Shown piece by piece: positions 40,249 through 52,900 of a stretch of 64,000 nucleotides of DNA. The notes below the pieces were generated by a model. That model was not told the DNA's origin. It made no database searches and was given only the letters and a program-made list of their open reading frames with translations. Numbering within the stretch: the first letter of the stretch is position 1; every line of letters begins with the position of its first letter. Origin of the DNA: Harriotta raleighana (lineage: Eukaryota); the NCBI GenBank assembly GCA_050575255.1, contig JBNZDD010013687.1, forward strand, positions 1,066,373 to 1,130,372, given 5' to 3'. The position numbers were made by a program, and so were the translations under genes.

Positions 40249-40373
40249 CTGTGATGACAAAATCTGCACATGTTAGCACTTTTTAAAAAACTTTAGGTAA
40301 ACTTCAAAATGGATGCAAAGCTCCTATACGAAGCTAGCAAGCAAAATTCAGATTAAAAGTTATTAAAATATAC

Positions 40374-40470
40374 CGTTTTTTGTTTGAAAATCCAAGGCTG
40401 CGTGAAGAATCCACTTGCACTTTGCGTTTACACGTTGGAGTCATAATTGTTGGAGTTGCTGAAGACCGCC
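40374..40470 (-). CDS. ARHGAP11A: ARHGAP11A exon 8
   Basis: tttag|GRSSATPTIMTPTCKRKVQVDSSRSLGFSNKK(R)|gtatat, similar to human PVILTPNAKRTLPVDSSHGFSSKKR. Confidence 0.88.
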
Positions 40471-41054
40471 CTAAACAGGGATATCAAAGTAAATTTAGCT
40501 TATTATTAACACTTAACATCTCCAGATGCTCCCATCACATTAATAATCCTTGCATTTGATATTAGTTGCCTTATCACATCTTCTGGGACACCTCAAAGCA
40601 CTTCATAGAGTATACTGTAAATTGAATGGACTGGATATTTTGTGGGCAAAATGCTAGTTTAGTTCTATTGGGGTTTGAATCTCAACACTTACCAAAAAAG
40701 AGAAATAATTAATGGAAACACAAATTTGGGTACACTGCTATTGGCCATTCAGTATTGTGAGCCTATTCCACCATTCACTTGGATCATGGCTGTTAGCATG
40801 CCAAATTTTTGTATCATTTTAATTGTGTCTCTCATATATTCTCTTTTTATAAGTGGCTTTCTAAAAACAAATCTCAACTTCAAAGTTTGGTTTTCTCAAG
40901 TGAAAGGTTCAAGGAATGAAGAGAATAATTTAACTTGACATTTCTAGCAATTGTTTATATATTTCAAGCAGATTATTTGAACAAAATCTTGCAAACTAAT
41001 TCAATCGTTAGAACTTCCATCCAGACAGTCAGAGAAAAAAAATCTAATCAAATA

Positions 41055-42053
41055 CAGTAAAACCTCGTTTACCCGTGACTTGATGAACCGGAAAACCCAT
41101 TCAACCGCCAAAAACTCAAAAAAAATCCTGATTCAATTAACCAGAAGTTATCCGGCAAATAGTGATGATGCGTTTAATGAGTGGACTGTCGCAAGCAAGT
41201 ACAGTACTCGCGAGTGCAGTACTAGCGGCTGGCTACTAAGCGGGTTTAAACTGGTGAGACAGTTGGAGGGAATCGAGACAGAGTCCTGGGCAGCAGCCAA
41301 TTACAAGTGAGAGAGAGGGACAAACAAACACATAGACACGGATAGAGAGGGACACACACACACACAGACACAAATAGAGAGACAGACACAGATAGAGAGA
41401 CAGACACAGAAAGAGAGACAGACACAGAGAGAGACACACACACTCAGATAGAGAGGGAGGGTGAGGGAGATACATTCAGACACAGAGAGACAGAGACACA
41501 CACAGACACAGAGAGAGAGACACATAGACAGAGAGAAAGAGGGGGTGAGAGACAGAGAGAGACATATATACACATAGAGGGACAGAGAGACACATACACA
41601 TACGAGACAAAAAGAGAGACACACACACAGACACACAGAGAGAGAGAGACGCAGTGAGAGAGACAGAGTGATACACAGACGGACACACACACAGACAGAG
41701 AGAGAGAGACACACTCAAAGCCAGAGATACACACATATACAGAGAAAGAGAGACGAGACAGAGAGAGAGACACACAGAGACACAGAGAGAGAAACACACA
41801 CAAAGATACCAGAGAGAGACACATACATACAGAGAGGGAGAGAGAGACACACACAGACAGAGAGATCGCTCCTGCTCCTTTTAAAAGTCACTTTTTTTTT
41901 TACCTTGGTCATTATTATCTGTTAATGGAAACTCACACATAATTTTTAAACAATAAAATTATTTTAATTTTTTTTTTAATCCGTTCAACCGGAAAAATCA
42001 TTTAACCGCCACTGGCTAGGTCCCGTGGGTGCCGGATAAACAACGTTTTACTG
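41055..42053. mobile_element. Tc1/mariner (Tigger/pogo-like) non-autonomous DNA element with internal microsatellite
   Basis: Left TA|CAGTAAAACCTCGTTTACCCG; right end reverse complement CAGTAAAACGTTGTTTATCCGG. Subterminal aaccggaaaa repeats; (GA/CA) tract at about 41308-41865. Confidence 0.75.
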
Positions 42054-42220
42054 AAACATCACTATCCCAATGCTCAATTCAAACTAAGTTAACTTTTTAC
42101 AAGACTTTATAATCAAACAAAAATAAAATCTCTACAATGCTACCTTTGTTACCATTTGTTAGTTTTTATATGACCTTATTTTAATAAAACAGACTACTAA
42201 ATAATTCTCATTTCACATAC

Positions 42221-42295
42221 CCGATGTGTAAGGTTGAGGAGAACCAGAAGGTGTTCTGTTTGCTTTAAGCTTACTTAGTGCTCCGCTAACTATGT
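42221..42295 (-). CDS. ARHGAP11A: ARHGAP11A exon 7
   Basis: 75 nt, DIVSGALSKLKANRTPSGSPQPYTS, ttcag/gtatgt boundaries. Confidence 0.93.
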
Positions 42296-43129
42296 CTGAA
42301 ATGCAAAGTATAAAGTTAACTTACACACCAATCTTCACAATAGCTTTGGGATATTTTTTTTTTAAAAAACTCTTCTCCCTCCGATAGTATTTATAAGTTT
42401 ATACAATTGCCAAATGCAAGACAACAAAAACATACAAATGCACATTAGGAATCAAATTTTAAATTCTTGCAATATTTTCCACTGACTAGAGATGTCAGAA
42501 AAGTTAAAATAAAAGGTTCTGAACAATAGTAATTTGGATCATTCAAATAATGACGTACAATCTTTTTGACTTACTCACTTAAGGAATTTAAGGTTTTTAT
42601 AAAGTATCTTTATTCATGTTGAAACAGAGCTGTCCAAAAATGCATATTTAAAATAAGGCTACAAAGGTAGATTTTATTAATTAATTTTAAAAAACAATGC
42701 ATAAAATAAGTTTACAATCAGTTACCATTTGGCACAAAATCCTAAATATGTACTGGATTCTAGTTTTCTGGCTGCTACAGAAACATAAGCAAAAGATCAC
42801 AGTGGTGTTTGTATGTTGAAAGGCTTTCAGTCGTGTGTTTAATCCAATAAACATTCAAATTTGTTTCCAAGTTTTCTCTAAATTTGAGATTAAAGCATGC
42901 AATTTGTTTACCTCCTGACATAAGACCTGCCAGCTGATGTATCAGGCACAATGTTACATGAATCCATATATTCAAAAGAGTGAGGGGAAATTTATGAGGG
43001 GCATGTTTGCCTGCTAGGGCAGTGAGTTTCAGCTGTACAATGGCGAAACATACTGCAAATTTAACAATATAAAGCTCAGTAAAATAAAACTGGGCAGCAC
43101 AGCTTCTACTGAAGACTAATTCTACCAAC

Positions 43130-43276
43130 CCCCAACACTCCGTCTCTTTCGTCTCTTGCAACCTTCTGTTAGTGAGCCATCTCCATCTTCCAGATAGTCC
43201 AATGATGAACTGCTTGATTCTACATCAACACCGAGCATTCCTGGAATCTTTTCTAACACAATGTCTGGAACATGAC
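43130..43276 (-). CDS. ARHGAP11A: ARHGAP11A exon 6
   Basis: 147 nt, GHVPDIVLEKIPGMLGVD...KRRKRRSVG, aag/gttggt boundaries. Confidence 0.92.
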
Positions 43277-43623
43277 CTTAACAAATAGGAATAACTATTA
43301 TTAATGAACAGAATGAAATCCAAAATGTACATTAAAAAAAATCAGTCTACAAATATAAATTTGACCAATGTCAAATTGAACAAGAATTTGTTGAAGAACC
43401 ATTTGTATAAAAGGATTTAATCATTAAACAAGTACTGTATTTTATGCTATAAAAAGAAAAACTAATGAAGGCCAACTGATCTGAAATCTCTCTACCTAGT
43501 CATCTTGTTTACGAAAAAATATTTCAATTTACTGGATTAAACATTCCACTCTACCGCTGTTAATAAAAGTGAGAAAGCATCAAGGGAATACATAAAAAGA
43601 ACTACAAATGGCAATATACTTAC

Positions 43624-43787
43624 CAATTTCTTCAAAGCTGTCAATAAGTGTATGGATAGCTGCAGCTTGAAATTGGAGTCGCTGTTCTGTCAAGGCTGTT
43701 ATTTTGTCACCTCCATCTGCTGAATGGAAGAAGTTGGGTGCAAATACTACAGCCAGGTTTTTGCTATCCATTTTGTTGTCTTTTGAT
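43624..43787 (-). CDS. ARHGAP11A: ARHGAP11A exon 5 (RhoGAP domain C-terminal part)
   Basis: 164 nt, SKDNKMDSKNLAVVFAPNFF...QAAAIHTLIDSFEEI, tttag/gtaagt boundaries. Confidence 0.96.
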
Positions 43788-44561
43788 CTAAATGAAAGAC
43801 AAGCAAACATTACCAGTATTACAACCAAGTTCTTTCCTAATTCAAATCTCTCTGTCTTCCTTTTTCAAAAAGGTTATTCATCAAATGTCTCAACAACAAA
43901 ACTATTTCTTGACTGAAAAGAGAAGGCAAGCTCCTTCCAGTTTTCCACATGATACACTTTAATCAGGCACTAGAAGGTATGCAAAACCTGCCAGGGTGAT
44001 TTATTTCTAACATTCCCTCACATGTGCCTTAACTGAATGAATGTATTTACAATATGGCAGAACAGTAACACAAGCCCATTGTGCAAGACAGACAATACTG
44101 CTGGAGATTTTAGTTAAGCAACAGCATTATCTTCCCTTAATCAACACCAGGTTGCAAAAACCTCTTTGATTTCATAACTTTCCATCTGCCCAGAATTTAC
44201 ATCTTTCAGTTCCAGCTACATTTTCCAAAAAAGTGGTTAAATGTTTCTGGGCCTAGGTACTTTATACAAAATGCAAGACATATTAAAATGTCAGAACTTT
44301 ACAAAAAGGCAAGGCCAGGGGAAAAGTATATTAGTGAGAACCTAATAAGTCAGCCTTCACCCCCACCCCCACCCACCATTTAACATAATAATTGGCCATT
44401 ATTAACTTTGTTAACTTTGTGTGTTAACACAATAAAAAATATTGTCTAGTAGTTTCATTGTATTGCATCAAAATGCATTCAGCATATCTGCCCACTTTAC
44501 ATTGTAAATTAATAATTGCTTTCATGTTCAATAAAACTGACACATTGTTTTCAATACATAC

Positions 44562-44815
44562 CTGAGGGACACATTTTTAAGAAAGCTCAAGAAATAATGC
44601 AATACATTAGCATTTTTTTCAGGTAACAAACAGGACAGAAGAATTGTGGCACAAAGTTTCTCGTCATTTTGTAATTGCTGTGCTTTAATGAAGGCTTCGT
44701 GCAGTTCTGTTAGGAGGATAGGTTCAGGTAACTCCCTGAAAAAACATTTAACTAGCCCGGCCACATCACAAGGGGGCGCCATATTAATGCAGTTCACACC
44801 CTGGTCCACCTTAGC
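44562..44815 (-). CDS. ARHGAP11A: ARHGAP11A exon 4 (RhoGAP domain)
   Basis: 254 nt, AKVDQG...[22 protein letters not shown]...FLKNVSLR. Confidence 0.96.
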
Positions 44816-44940
44816 CTGAATGAACAAAAAAAAGAACAATTATAGTACTAAATGCACAATTGTGGAGGGCCGTAAATCTTAGATTGTAACTATTGGCAAA
44901 CAGGAGCATTTAAATTATGAAATGTTGAATGTACTTATAC

Positions 44941-45037
44941 CTTCAAAGCTTTAAGACGAATCACAGATCCTGATTTTCTGAAGAGACCCTCTGTATGGAT
45001 ATGTTGTTCTAAGTAGCTACAGGTATCAACTAGGAAC
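44941..45037 (-). CDS. ARHGAP11A: ARHGAP11A exon 3 (arginine finger)
   Basis: 97 nt, [32 protein letters not shown]. Confidence 0.96.
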
Positions 45038-45728
45038 CTAAACAACAAATAAACCATTAACTACCGATTGTAAAACTCAACACCAGAGGGCCTTCTTAAT
45101 TATAATCATTCACATTTCATACTTTTATGTTGTGTTTTATGTTGGGAGGTACTGTACAGTACTTTCAAAGCATTTCACAGGATATATAGCAATGTGTAGT
45201 GGCTCTTTTGGAAAGCCCATACATTACAGTAATTCCTGTGTAGCACTTTTGAGGGGTTTTGTAACGCAATAAGATGATAGATCAAATTGCAAGGATTGTT
45301 CATATCCAATGACTGAAGAAGTTTAATTATCATCAAATACTACAGGCAAGTGATGGTATCTTGCAAATAAATAAGCAATATTTTTCTAAAATTTAAAAAA
45401 TAAAAGGTAGGAAATGGTAAAACAATAACATTTAGAGATAAAGCACAGCCAATTTTTAAAAAAATAAACATTTTGAAAGTTCCCTTTGCATTTATTTATT
45501 TAATATTAGAAACAGCAAGAATTATTATTTGAGTGGTCTACCATTAAAAGTAATATAATAAAAAAAACTATAGCTTTACAGTAACTTTATTTCAGTTGTA
45601 TATTTTGTTCAGTACGGGATAAGGTTAAAAACAACTTAACCTTCTTCCTAGATATTTGGTAACATTTAATCAGATAATGACGACAATTACTGACGAATGG
45701 TGCGCCCACCGCCTCCCACCCCACTTAC

Positions 45729-45817
45729 TGAGGAATGGTGCCATGATCAGGAACAGTGCATTGTGGCAGAGCATTCAGAGGGGTGCCAAACACCACACTG
45801 GGCACAGTTTTCTTGTC
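45729..45817 (-). CDS. ARHGAP11A: ARHGAP11A exon 2
   Basis: ctcctcttag|DKKTVPSVVFGTPLNALPQCTVPDHGTIP|gtaagt, similar to human [22 protein letters not shown]. Confidence 0.9.
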
Positions 45818-47539
45818 CTAAGAGGAGTAAAGAAGGTGTCAATGCACTTGTTGCTTGAAATTAAACAGTGTTAATTATATATTCATTATACCAAATATCT
45901 GAAATGCTGAAGAGAAGTGCAAGATCAACTGAGTAGGATTGTTCCCCTTTCGTAGACAAATGCAACAAAAGCAGACAATCCATGTACAGAATAAAATGGT
46001 CATGAGATTTTCAAAGTCATTACTACACAAATTGTGTTAAAATGGCCCAGAAAGTCCATTGACATTCAATCTAATGTAGGATCACAAGTTTATCGTATTT
46101 GATGTGCCAATGGATTTCAAATATCAACGGTCGGTGTAAACAAATGGCATCACGGGTTTAATTCAGTACAGCACACTAGTTATTTCCTAAAAGCTAACCC
46201 TTCACTTCAAATAGGTTACTTATCTCAAATGCAATGGACACACACACACAAATTTGCTTGTTTCACAATACAGTGTCACACAGTTCTAGAACATAATATA
46301 TCTAGATGCAAACATCAGTACACACCTGGAAACATAAATCATCAAAAAATGTTCCATATCTAGGGGTGCACTAGTGGCTCAATGGATAAATGCACCATGC
46401 ATTTTGTCAATCTTACAGAACAAGATTGTCCCAGGTTTGAACCACTGGAATGAGTTACCTAAATTCAACCAAGATACCAGTTGTATGTGATAATGGTCTC
46501 ATCATTCCAGGCGATAGCTGGGTGGTGTAGCGAAAGCAAAGATTAAATTCATCTTAACTGGGGTTCCTGCTCCTAACTGCATCGTTCTAGTTTACTGAAC
46601 AATGTCAATAATGACACATTGCATCAAGAAACAATTTCAAAACCATTGATGTTTCAGGTTCATTTACAGAAAACACGATTCACAACTATATTACACATTG
46701 CCATATTTCCCACTGTGTTAGTTTATTATGATAACATTTATTATATAAACACTACAATCTAGCACCAGCAATTCCTGAGATTTGACAACAGCTGATTGAC
46801 TTTTAATATTCAATGAATTAAAGTTATTTCAACTATACCTATAAAAAAGTTTCACCATGTCTAGAGTGTAGTTATGTCAACACCCTTTTATAAACAAACT
46901 CTCCCTTTTATAAACAAACAAATATATGGACTTTAGTCTAAATGGTGATTTGAATTTTTTTTCATCAATGCAGGACCCTGTCTTAGTTATATAGCTTAAA
47001 TAAGTTCAGTGACAGACACATCAATGTCACTCACTGAAACAAATATGCTAACCAATATCATTGGTTCCATATTTGTTTGTATGTTTCAATTGGGGCTGAC
47101 AGTGAATGGTAATGGTAAGATTAAAATTCATAAAAGTAACTTTAAAATTTCTACACAGATTCTTTATTGGAAAAACTCCTTTACTACGAGTGTTACTTTC
47201 CAACACCAAGACTTTTCTGAGCTATCCCCGTTGCGGGACAGTAGTATGCGAGAGAATCTGAAGAATACGCGTTCCAACAGTAAAGAATACCCTCAATTTT
47301 ATCAAATCATACAATGTGGCTAAACAGAAGCAGCATTAAATGGTTAGACATGAGACAATGTAAGATCCCAGTGCAACAATGTGCAACAATCCAAGCATAG
47401 AAACACCACATCCAGACGATTGATATAGTAGAATAAACTCAAGCTGCAATAATGGGGATCAGTACCCTTGTGGCAAACCAAATGAAATGATTCAAATGAA
47501 AGTGAACAACATCCAGGCTTGACTATGCAAACTCTCTGC

Positions 47540-48066
47540 TTGTCAGCTTTCCCGACTCCTCATTCCATAGGCTGCAAATCATCCAATAATCTGCAGCCCG
47601 TGTCCTCTCCTATTCCAGGCTTTGTGACCCTATCACCCCATCCTATGTCCAATTCCACTGACTTCTCATCACAAAGAGGGTAAAGTTCAAGATCCTGGTC
47701 CTCAGCCTCAAAACCCTCATGCCTTGCTTCTTCTCCACCTCTGAAACCTACTAGCCCCTACGAACCAGCCACTCCCTCCGCTCAGGTGGCTCCAGCCTGC
47801 TTCACACCCGTCAGTGGTGGGAGGACCTTCAATCACTCTGCCTCCATCCTCTCTGAAATACCATCCTGCGGTCCATCTACCTCGTCCCCTCCCTCGCCTG
47901 CTTTAAGACCCTCTTCTTCAACCATGCTTTTGATTACCCTCCTTTCCTCACTGCCCTCAACCCTCCCCAATGCTGACTTCCAGCTTGGGTCCGAAACACT
48001 GATTGTCCAGCATCTCGCGGCGTCTTCCCAACGTGAAAGGCATTATTCAAATGTAATTTTATTGAA
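47540..48066 (+). mobile_element. L2-type LINE 3' fragment
   Basis: ORF2-end remnants (gcagcccgtgtcctc, atcacccca, ttcaagatcctggtcctc) followed by the family tail cgtgaaaggcattattcaaatgtaatttt. Confidence 0.65.
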
Positions 48067-48569
48067 TATTCAGCAACGGTTGGTAATCTTGTGAGAACAT
48101 CTGCACAAAGCTGCACTCAAAAAACGATGGATTCCCTATATGCGGTCTAATTGCAATGTACTGTCTCACTTTTCCCTTTGCCATCTGTTTCTCATGCTGT
48201 CCGTATGATGCTCTTCCACAGCAAATCAGAGTGAATTGCCATGAAAAGTAAATCTGCAGCACACAAGTGAATTGTGCCAGAGCCAATTGCCAAGAGCACA
48301 ACTTACATTCCTAACATCAGAAATTTCATTCTGGTGTCCAGTTTGCACTTCTGTTGCATGCCAAACAATTACGTTTGAATTTTAAATTGATTTTTACCTA
48401 TTAAACTGCAGCAAGACAGCAGAAAATGAGGATGTAATAAACATAAAGATCACATGGAAAGCAATTTTAAGGATTTTATCATGTGTAAGTGAGCAATCTT
48501 GCTCCTAAAATAATTTTAAATAGAAGTCTATATTTTGAATTTTTTAAGACTTGATATCTCAAGTCTTAT

Positions 48570-48830
48570 GATCATAGAATCATGGAATGTTACAGCACAG
48601 AAGAAGGCCATTTGGCCCATCGGCTCTTTGACAGAGCAATGTCACTATTTTTAACCCCAATCACCAGCTTTCTCCCCATAACCTGCAAACCCGTCTTCCC
48701 CAGATACCTATCCAGTTCTCTTTTAAAAACTGTTATCGAATCAGACCTCACTACCCTTTCAGGCAGATCATTCCAAATTCGAACAACTCTCTGAGTGAAA
48801 AAAATTATTCTAACCTCCCCTCTGTTTCTT
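48570..48830 (-). mobile_element. CR1-type LINE 3' end
   Basis: Translates FFTQRVVRIWNDLPERVVRSDSITVFKRELDRYL, the typical CR1 ORF2 C-terminus, followed by the gatgggccaaatggccttcttctgtgctgtaac tail. Confidence 0.85.
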
Positions 48831-49149
48831 TTGGTAGGCCCCTCTGCTTCTTTTGGTAGTTCCATGATAGATCAACATGCAAATAAAGATGTTTGACTGC
48901 ATTAATTAATTTAGTGGTGTGAAAAGGAAGCAAAGTCCAAACATACAATACCCATCCATGTTGTTTTGTAAATACTGTACAAATCAATTCAGCTGTGAAA
49001 ACAGGCATATACACAAACTCAAATCAATGAGATTTAACAGCAGAAAATCATAGCTGTCCTCTGAATGCTGTGCATTTGCTCCTATCCTGCTGACTGCATG
49101 CAAATCAGATGAAGAACTGTAGATGAAAATGTGTTAACAGTATACCTGT

Positions 49150-49490
49150 GGAGTCCTGCCTCGCAAGAAAGTGTAACTCTTAAGTTCGATTCCCAGCAGG
49201 GTGAAACATTTAGACACATTTCCTTACTTCACATGCCTGTTTACCTAGCAGTAAGTAGGTACTCGTTTGATAGTTTATTGTCTGATTGCTTTTTCAGGGG
49301 TAATAATCCCTTCCCCAAAAATAAATAAATAACAAATTTGGTCACTCAATCTATAACTGCTTGTGCACAATTGGCTATAACGTTTCAACTACAAAGTATA
49401 CAGTCAATTCACCTTACAGGTATTCTGTGAAGTGCTTTGAGACATCTCAAAGACGCGATACGTCATTACATCAATAGCAATGATTATTTA
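49150..49490 (+). mobile_element. tRNA-headed Deu SINE, degraded
   Basis: gttcgattcccagcagggtgaaac, aattggct core, gtgaagtgctttgagacatc tail. Confidence 0.7.
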
Positions 49491-50249
49491 ATATAATTAA
49501 TTTTTCAAGTAACACATAATTCTTCAACTGGTCACCACATACTGGTCACTAACCAAGATCCTTCTGTGCTGGTTTTTGAAGTCATCCAAAGCTTTAAAAA
49601 GCTGGCAGAAATGTGGATGGAAATTTCCCTTCGTCTGAAAAGGAGTGCACACTCTCTCTGTGCAGGAATGTACCCTATTTACCTAATGCAAGTACAGTAT
49701 TAGTTGCAGATATGCAAAAGCCATCTATGGCCCCAGTGTACTAAAGCCACACAGCTTGCCAATCAGTGTTTGAATTATTTGCATTGGAGGATGGGAAGCC
49801 CAGCAAAGCTCGGAGTAGTGGGTTTGTGGTGACTGGTGTGGGAGAGACCAACTGTGGCAGAATTTTGAATGCTCTACGACTTGTGCGGAGAAGAGTCCAG
49901 TAAGAAGCACATCGGAATAACCATTTGATAACAACTGCTGCAACATGAACACGATTTACTATCAATTTGGGAAGAATCCCGACCCAAGTGACTTGTCTGC
50001 TCCTCCAGTATTGGTGACAAGCCGTTCTATCTGCCTTCAGTGCCACAGAACTGCCAGGCTCAGAATACAAGCCCACCACAAAAGATCGACTCCATTCCAG
50101 TATTCCATGACATCAGTTTACCTCTTCTACAATTCCCCCCACCCCAACTTTCCCAGGAATATTTGAAACCAGATGATACAATTTAATGTCCAGCTCCCAC
50201 TTACTGGTCTCACCTACTCTCCAAACACCCACTGTTCCACTAATAATAA

Positions 50250-50838
50250 GTCAGGTCACTTCAATCCGAGACAGTTGGTGGGACACTGCTGTGCGCAATT
50301 GGCTGCCGCGTTACCACAGTCAATTCGCTTGACAGTACTGTCTGCAAAGCGCTTTTGAGGTGTCTCGAAGCAGCAATAAGGACGCTATTAACAAATGCAA
50401 GAATTATTATCATTATTATTATTACCCTCCATCCTTCCCACATGTGAGACTCCTTATCTCCGACACTCCTTCGGTCAGAATTACCGTGACCTCCTCCCCA
50501 GCCCAGTGTACACTCCAGACGCCTCGGGGACGTTCCCCCCCGACGTGAAAGGCGCTCTGTGAGTGTTTACACATGTGATTTTGTTGCCGTTGCTGCAATG
50601 CCACANCCCCGACGTGAAAGGCGCTCTGTGAGTGTTTACACATGTGATTTTGTTGCTGTTGCTGTATGTGGTGTACCTGTGCGCAATTAGCTGCCGGCGT
50701 TTTCGCCCACAAATACAGTCGATTCACTCTGCGGTGTATTATACTGTGAAGTGCTTTGAGGCGTCCAGACGACGCGGACAAGCGCTAGATCAAAATGCAA
50801 GGCCAATTGTTAATGTTAATATTATCATCATTGTTATT
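50250..50838 (+). mobile_element. Cluster of SINE and L2 3' fragments next to ARHGAP11A exon 1
   Basis: Two Deu cores (50270-50420, 50678-50838) and L2 tails (50520-50660). Confidence 0.7.
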
Positions 50839-50862
50839 AGGACAGGACATTCCTTTACTCAC

Positions 50863-50988
50863 TCGGCTGCGGTCTCGGCCCAGAGCCCGGTTGTTGTTCA
50901 TCTTGTTCCAGTTTTTCACTTTGATCCCGTGAACCCTGAGCTGCTGAACCACTGCCAGCCGCAACAGGTTCTTATCGGCCTTCATCAT
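50863..50988 (-). CDS. ARHGAP11A: ARHGAP11A first coding exon
   Basis: MMKADKNLLRLAVVQQLRVHGIKVKNW..., similar to human [24 protein letters not shown]. Donor CGA|gtgagt, phase 0. The joined CDS is 3225 nt and open throughout. Confidence 0.92.
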
Positions 50989-51009
50989 GTCCTTAGTGAT
51001 CGATCCCCC

Positions 51010-51752
51010 GGCCTTCTCTCTCTCCCCGGGTCTGTCTCTCACGCTCTTTCTCCCTATCCACTGGTCTGTCTCTCTGACTCTCTCTCTCTCTATCCCCTGA
51101 TCTGTCTGTCTCTGTCACTGTCTATTCCCTAGTCTGTCTTTCTCTCTATCCCCTTATCTGTCTGTCTCTCTCACTCTCTCTATCCCCTTGTCTGTCCGTC
51201 TCTCTCACACTCTCTATCCCCTTGTCTCTCTCTATCCCCTTGTCTGTCTGTCTGTCTCTCTCACTCTCTTTATTCGCTGGTCTGTCTGTCTCTCTCACTC
51301 TTTCTCTCTCTATCCCCTGGTCTTTCTCTCACTCTGGGCCTCTCTCTCTCTCTTATCTCGCTCAGTCTATCCGGCGTCTGTCTGTCCTCCAGGGCCTCTT
51401 TGTGTCCAGGTCTCTCTCTCTCGGCCCCGGACCCGCCTGTGTCTCTCTCCCTTTATTCCCCTCCCTCTCCCTATCCCCTCTTCCCCCTCCCTCTCTCTAT
51501 CCCCTCTTCCCCCTCCCTCTTTCCCCCTCACTCCTCCTTCTCTCTCACTCTCNCCCCTCCCTCCCTCTTTCTCCCCCTCACCCCTCCCCCCCCTCACCCC
51601 TCCCTCTCTCTATCTCTCTCCCCCTTCTCCCCTCTCTCTCTCCCCCTCCCCTCACCCTCTCTCTCTCCCCCTTTCCTCCCCTCCCTCTCTTCCCCTCAAC
51701 CCTCCCTCCCCCTCTCTATCTCTCCCCCTCTCTCCCCACCTCCCCCTCTCTC
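51010..51752. repeat. CT-rich low-complexity tract (probable ARHGAP11A 5' UTR region)
   Basis: tctatcccc and tctg repeats grading into polypyrimidine. Confidence 0.85.
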
Positions 51753-51845
51753 GCGCTCTTCAGGTTCAAACGGCAGTTCCTCGCGAGCTCGGGTTCCCAT
51801 TGGTCACAGACATTTCAAATCAAGGAGGGCCTGACGTCACCCCCT
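51750..51845 (-). promoter_or_regulatory. ARHGAP11A core promoter: two CHR (TTTGAA), CCAAT box, CRE
   Basis: Plus-strand ttcaaa at 51765-51770 and 51814-51819, attgg at 51799-51803, palindromic TGACGTCA at 51832-51839, CpG-rich tcgcg motifs. This is a typical G2/M cell-cycle promoter layout. Confidence 0.7.
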
Positions 51846-51874
51846 CCCCTCCCCCATCGCCCTGTGTGATTATC

Positions 51875-52900
51875 AATGTGTCTGAGTTTCTCTCTATGTC
51901 TGTCTATCTCTCTCTCTCTCTATGTATGTGTCTCTCTATCTCCAAGTGTCTCTCTGAGTGCGTGTGGTACTCTCTGAGTGTATCTCTCTCTCTCTTTGAG
52001 TGTGTGTCTCTGAGTGTGTATCTCTCTCTGTCTCTGAGTGTGTGTCTCTCTCTGTCTCCGAGTGTGTGTCTCTCTGATTCTCTTTGTGTATCTCTCTGAG
52101 TGTGTATCTCTCTCTCTGAGTGTATCTCTGTCTCTGTGTGTATATCTCTCTCTGAGTGTGTGTCTCTCTGTCTCTCTGAGTGTATCTGTCTCTCTGTGTG
52201 TATATCTCTCTCTGAGTGTGTGTCTCTGAGTGTGTATCTCTCTNTCTCCCTTTATTCCCCTCCCTCTCCCTATCCCCTCTTCCCCCTCCCTCTCCCTACT
52301 TCCCCCTCCCTCTCTCTATCCCCTCTCNATCTCTCTCTGTCTCTGAGTGATTGTCTCTCTGTCACTCTGAGTGTGTTTGTCTGTCTCTGAGTGTGTGTCT
52401 CTCTCTGAGTGTATCTCTCTCTCTCTCTGAGTGTGTGTCTCTCTGTCTCTGAGTGTGTGTCTCTGATTCTCTTTGTGTATCTCTGAGTGTGTATCTCTCT
52501 GTTTCTCTGAGTGTATCTCTTTGAGTGTGTATCTCTCTGATTCTCTGGTCTCTGAGTGTGTGTCTCTCTGATTCTCTGAGTGTCTGATTTTCTGAGTGTC
52601 TCTGATTTTCTGTCTGATTCTCTGTCTGTCTCTCTGAGTGTATCTCTGTTTCTCTGAATGTGTATCTCTCTGATTCTCTGTGTGTGTTCCTCTGAGTGTG
52701 TATCTCTCTGATTCTCTGTGTGTCTCTCTGAGTGTCTCTCTGATTCTCTCTGCTTCTCTGAGTGTATTTCTCTCTGTGATTCTGTTTGTGTCTCTGTTGT
52801 GTGTGTATCTCTCTCTTTGACTATGAGTATGTGTCTCTATGATTCTCTGAATGTGCGTCTCTGTCTCTTTGAGTGAGTATCTCTCTCTGAGTGTGTGTTA
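51875..52900. repeat. (TCTCTGAGTGTGTA)-type degenerate simple repeat
   Basis: Visible low-complexity tandem array. Confidence 0.9.

Noticed and set aside
41236-41925. Multiple overlapping ORFs
   Set aside because: They are translations of a GA/CA microsatellite.
43624-43787. ARHGAP11B-like truncated paralogue
   Set aside because: The gene is full length with an intact exon 5 and a long C-terminal exon; ARHGAP11B is human-specific.
50538-50662. Tandem duplication of an L2 tail
   Set aside because: The junction is at n 50606; likely an assembly artefact.
52245-52327. Direct repeat of about 51445-51505 flanking the ARHGAP11A promoter
   Set aside because: The segment is bracketed by n at 52244 and 52328, suggesting a misplaced assembly fragment.
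51188-52390. Long ORFs (303 aa, 215 aa and others)
   Set aside because: These are Ser/Leu/Pro/Val translations of CT-rich simple repeats with no domain.
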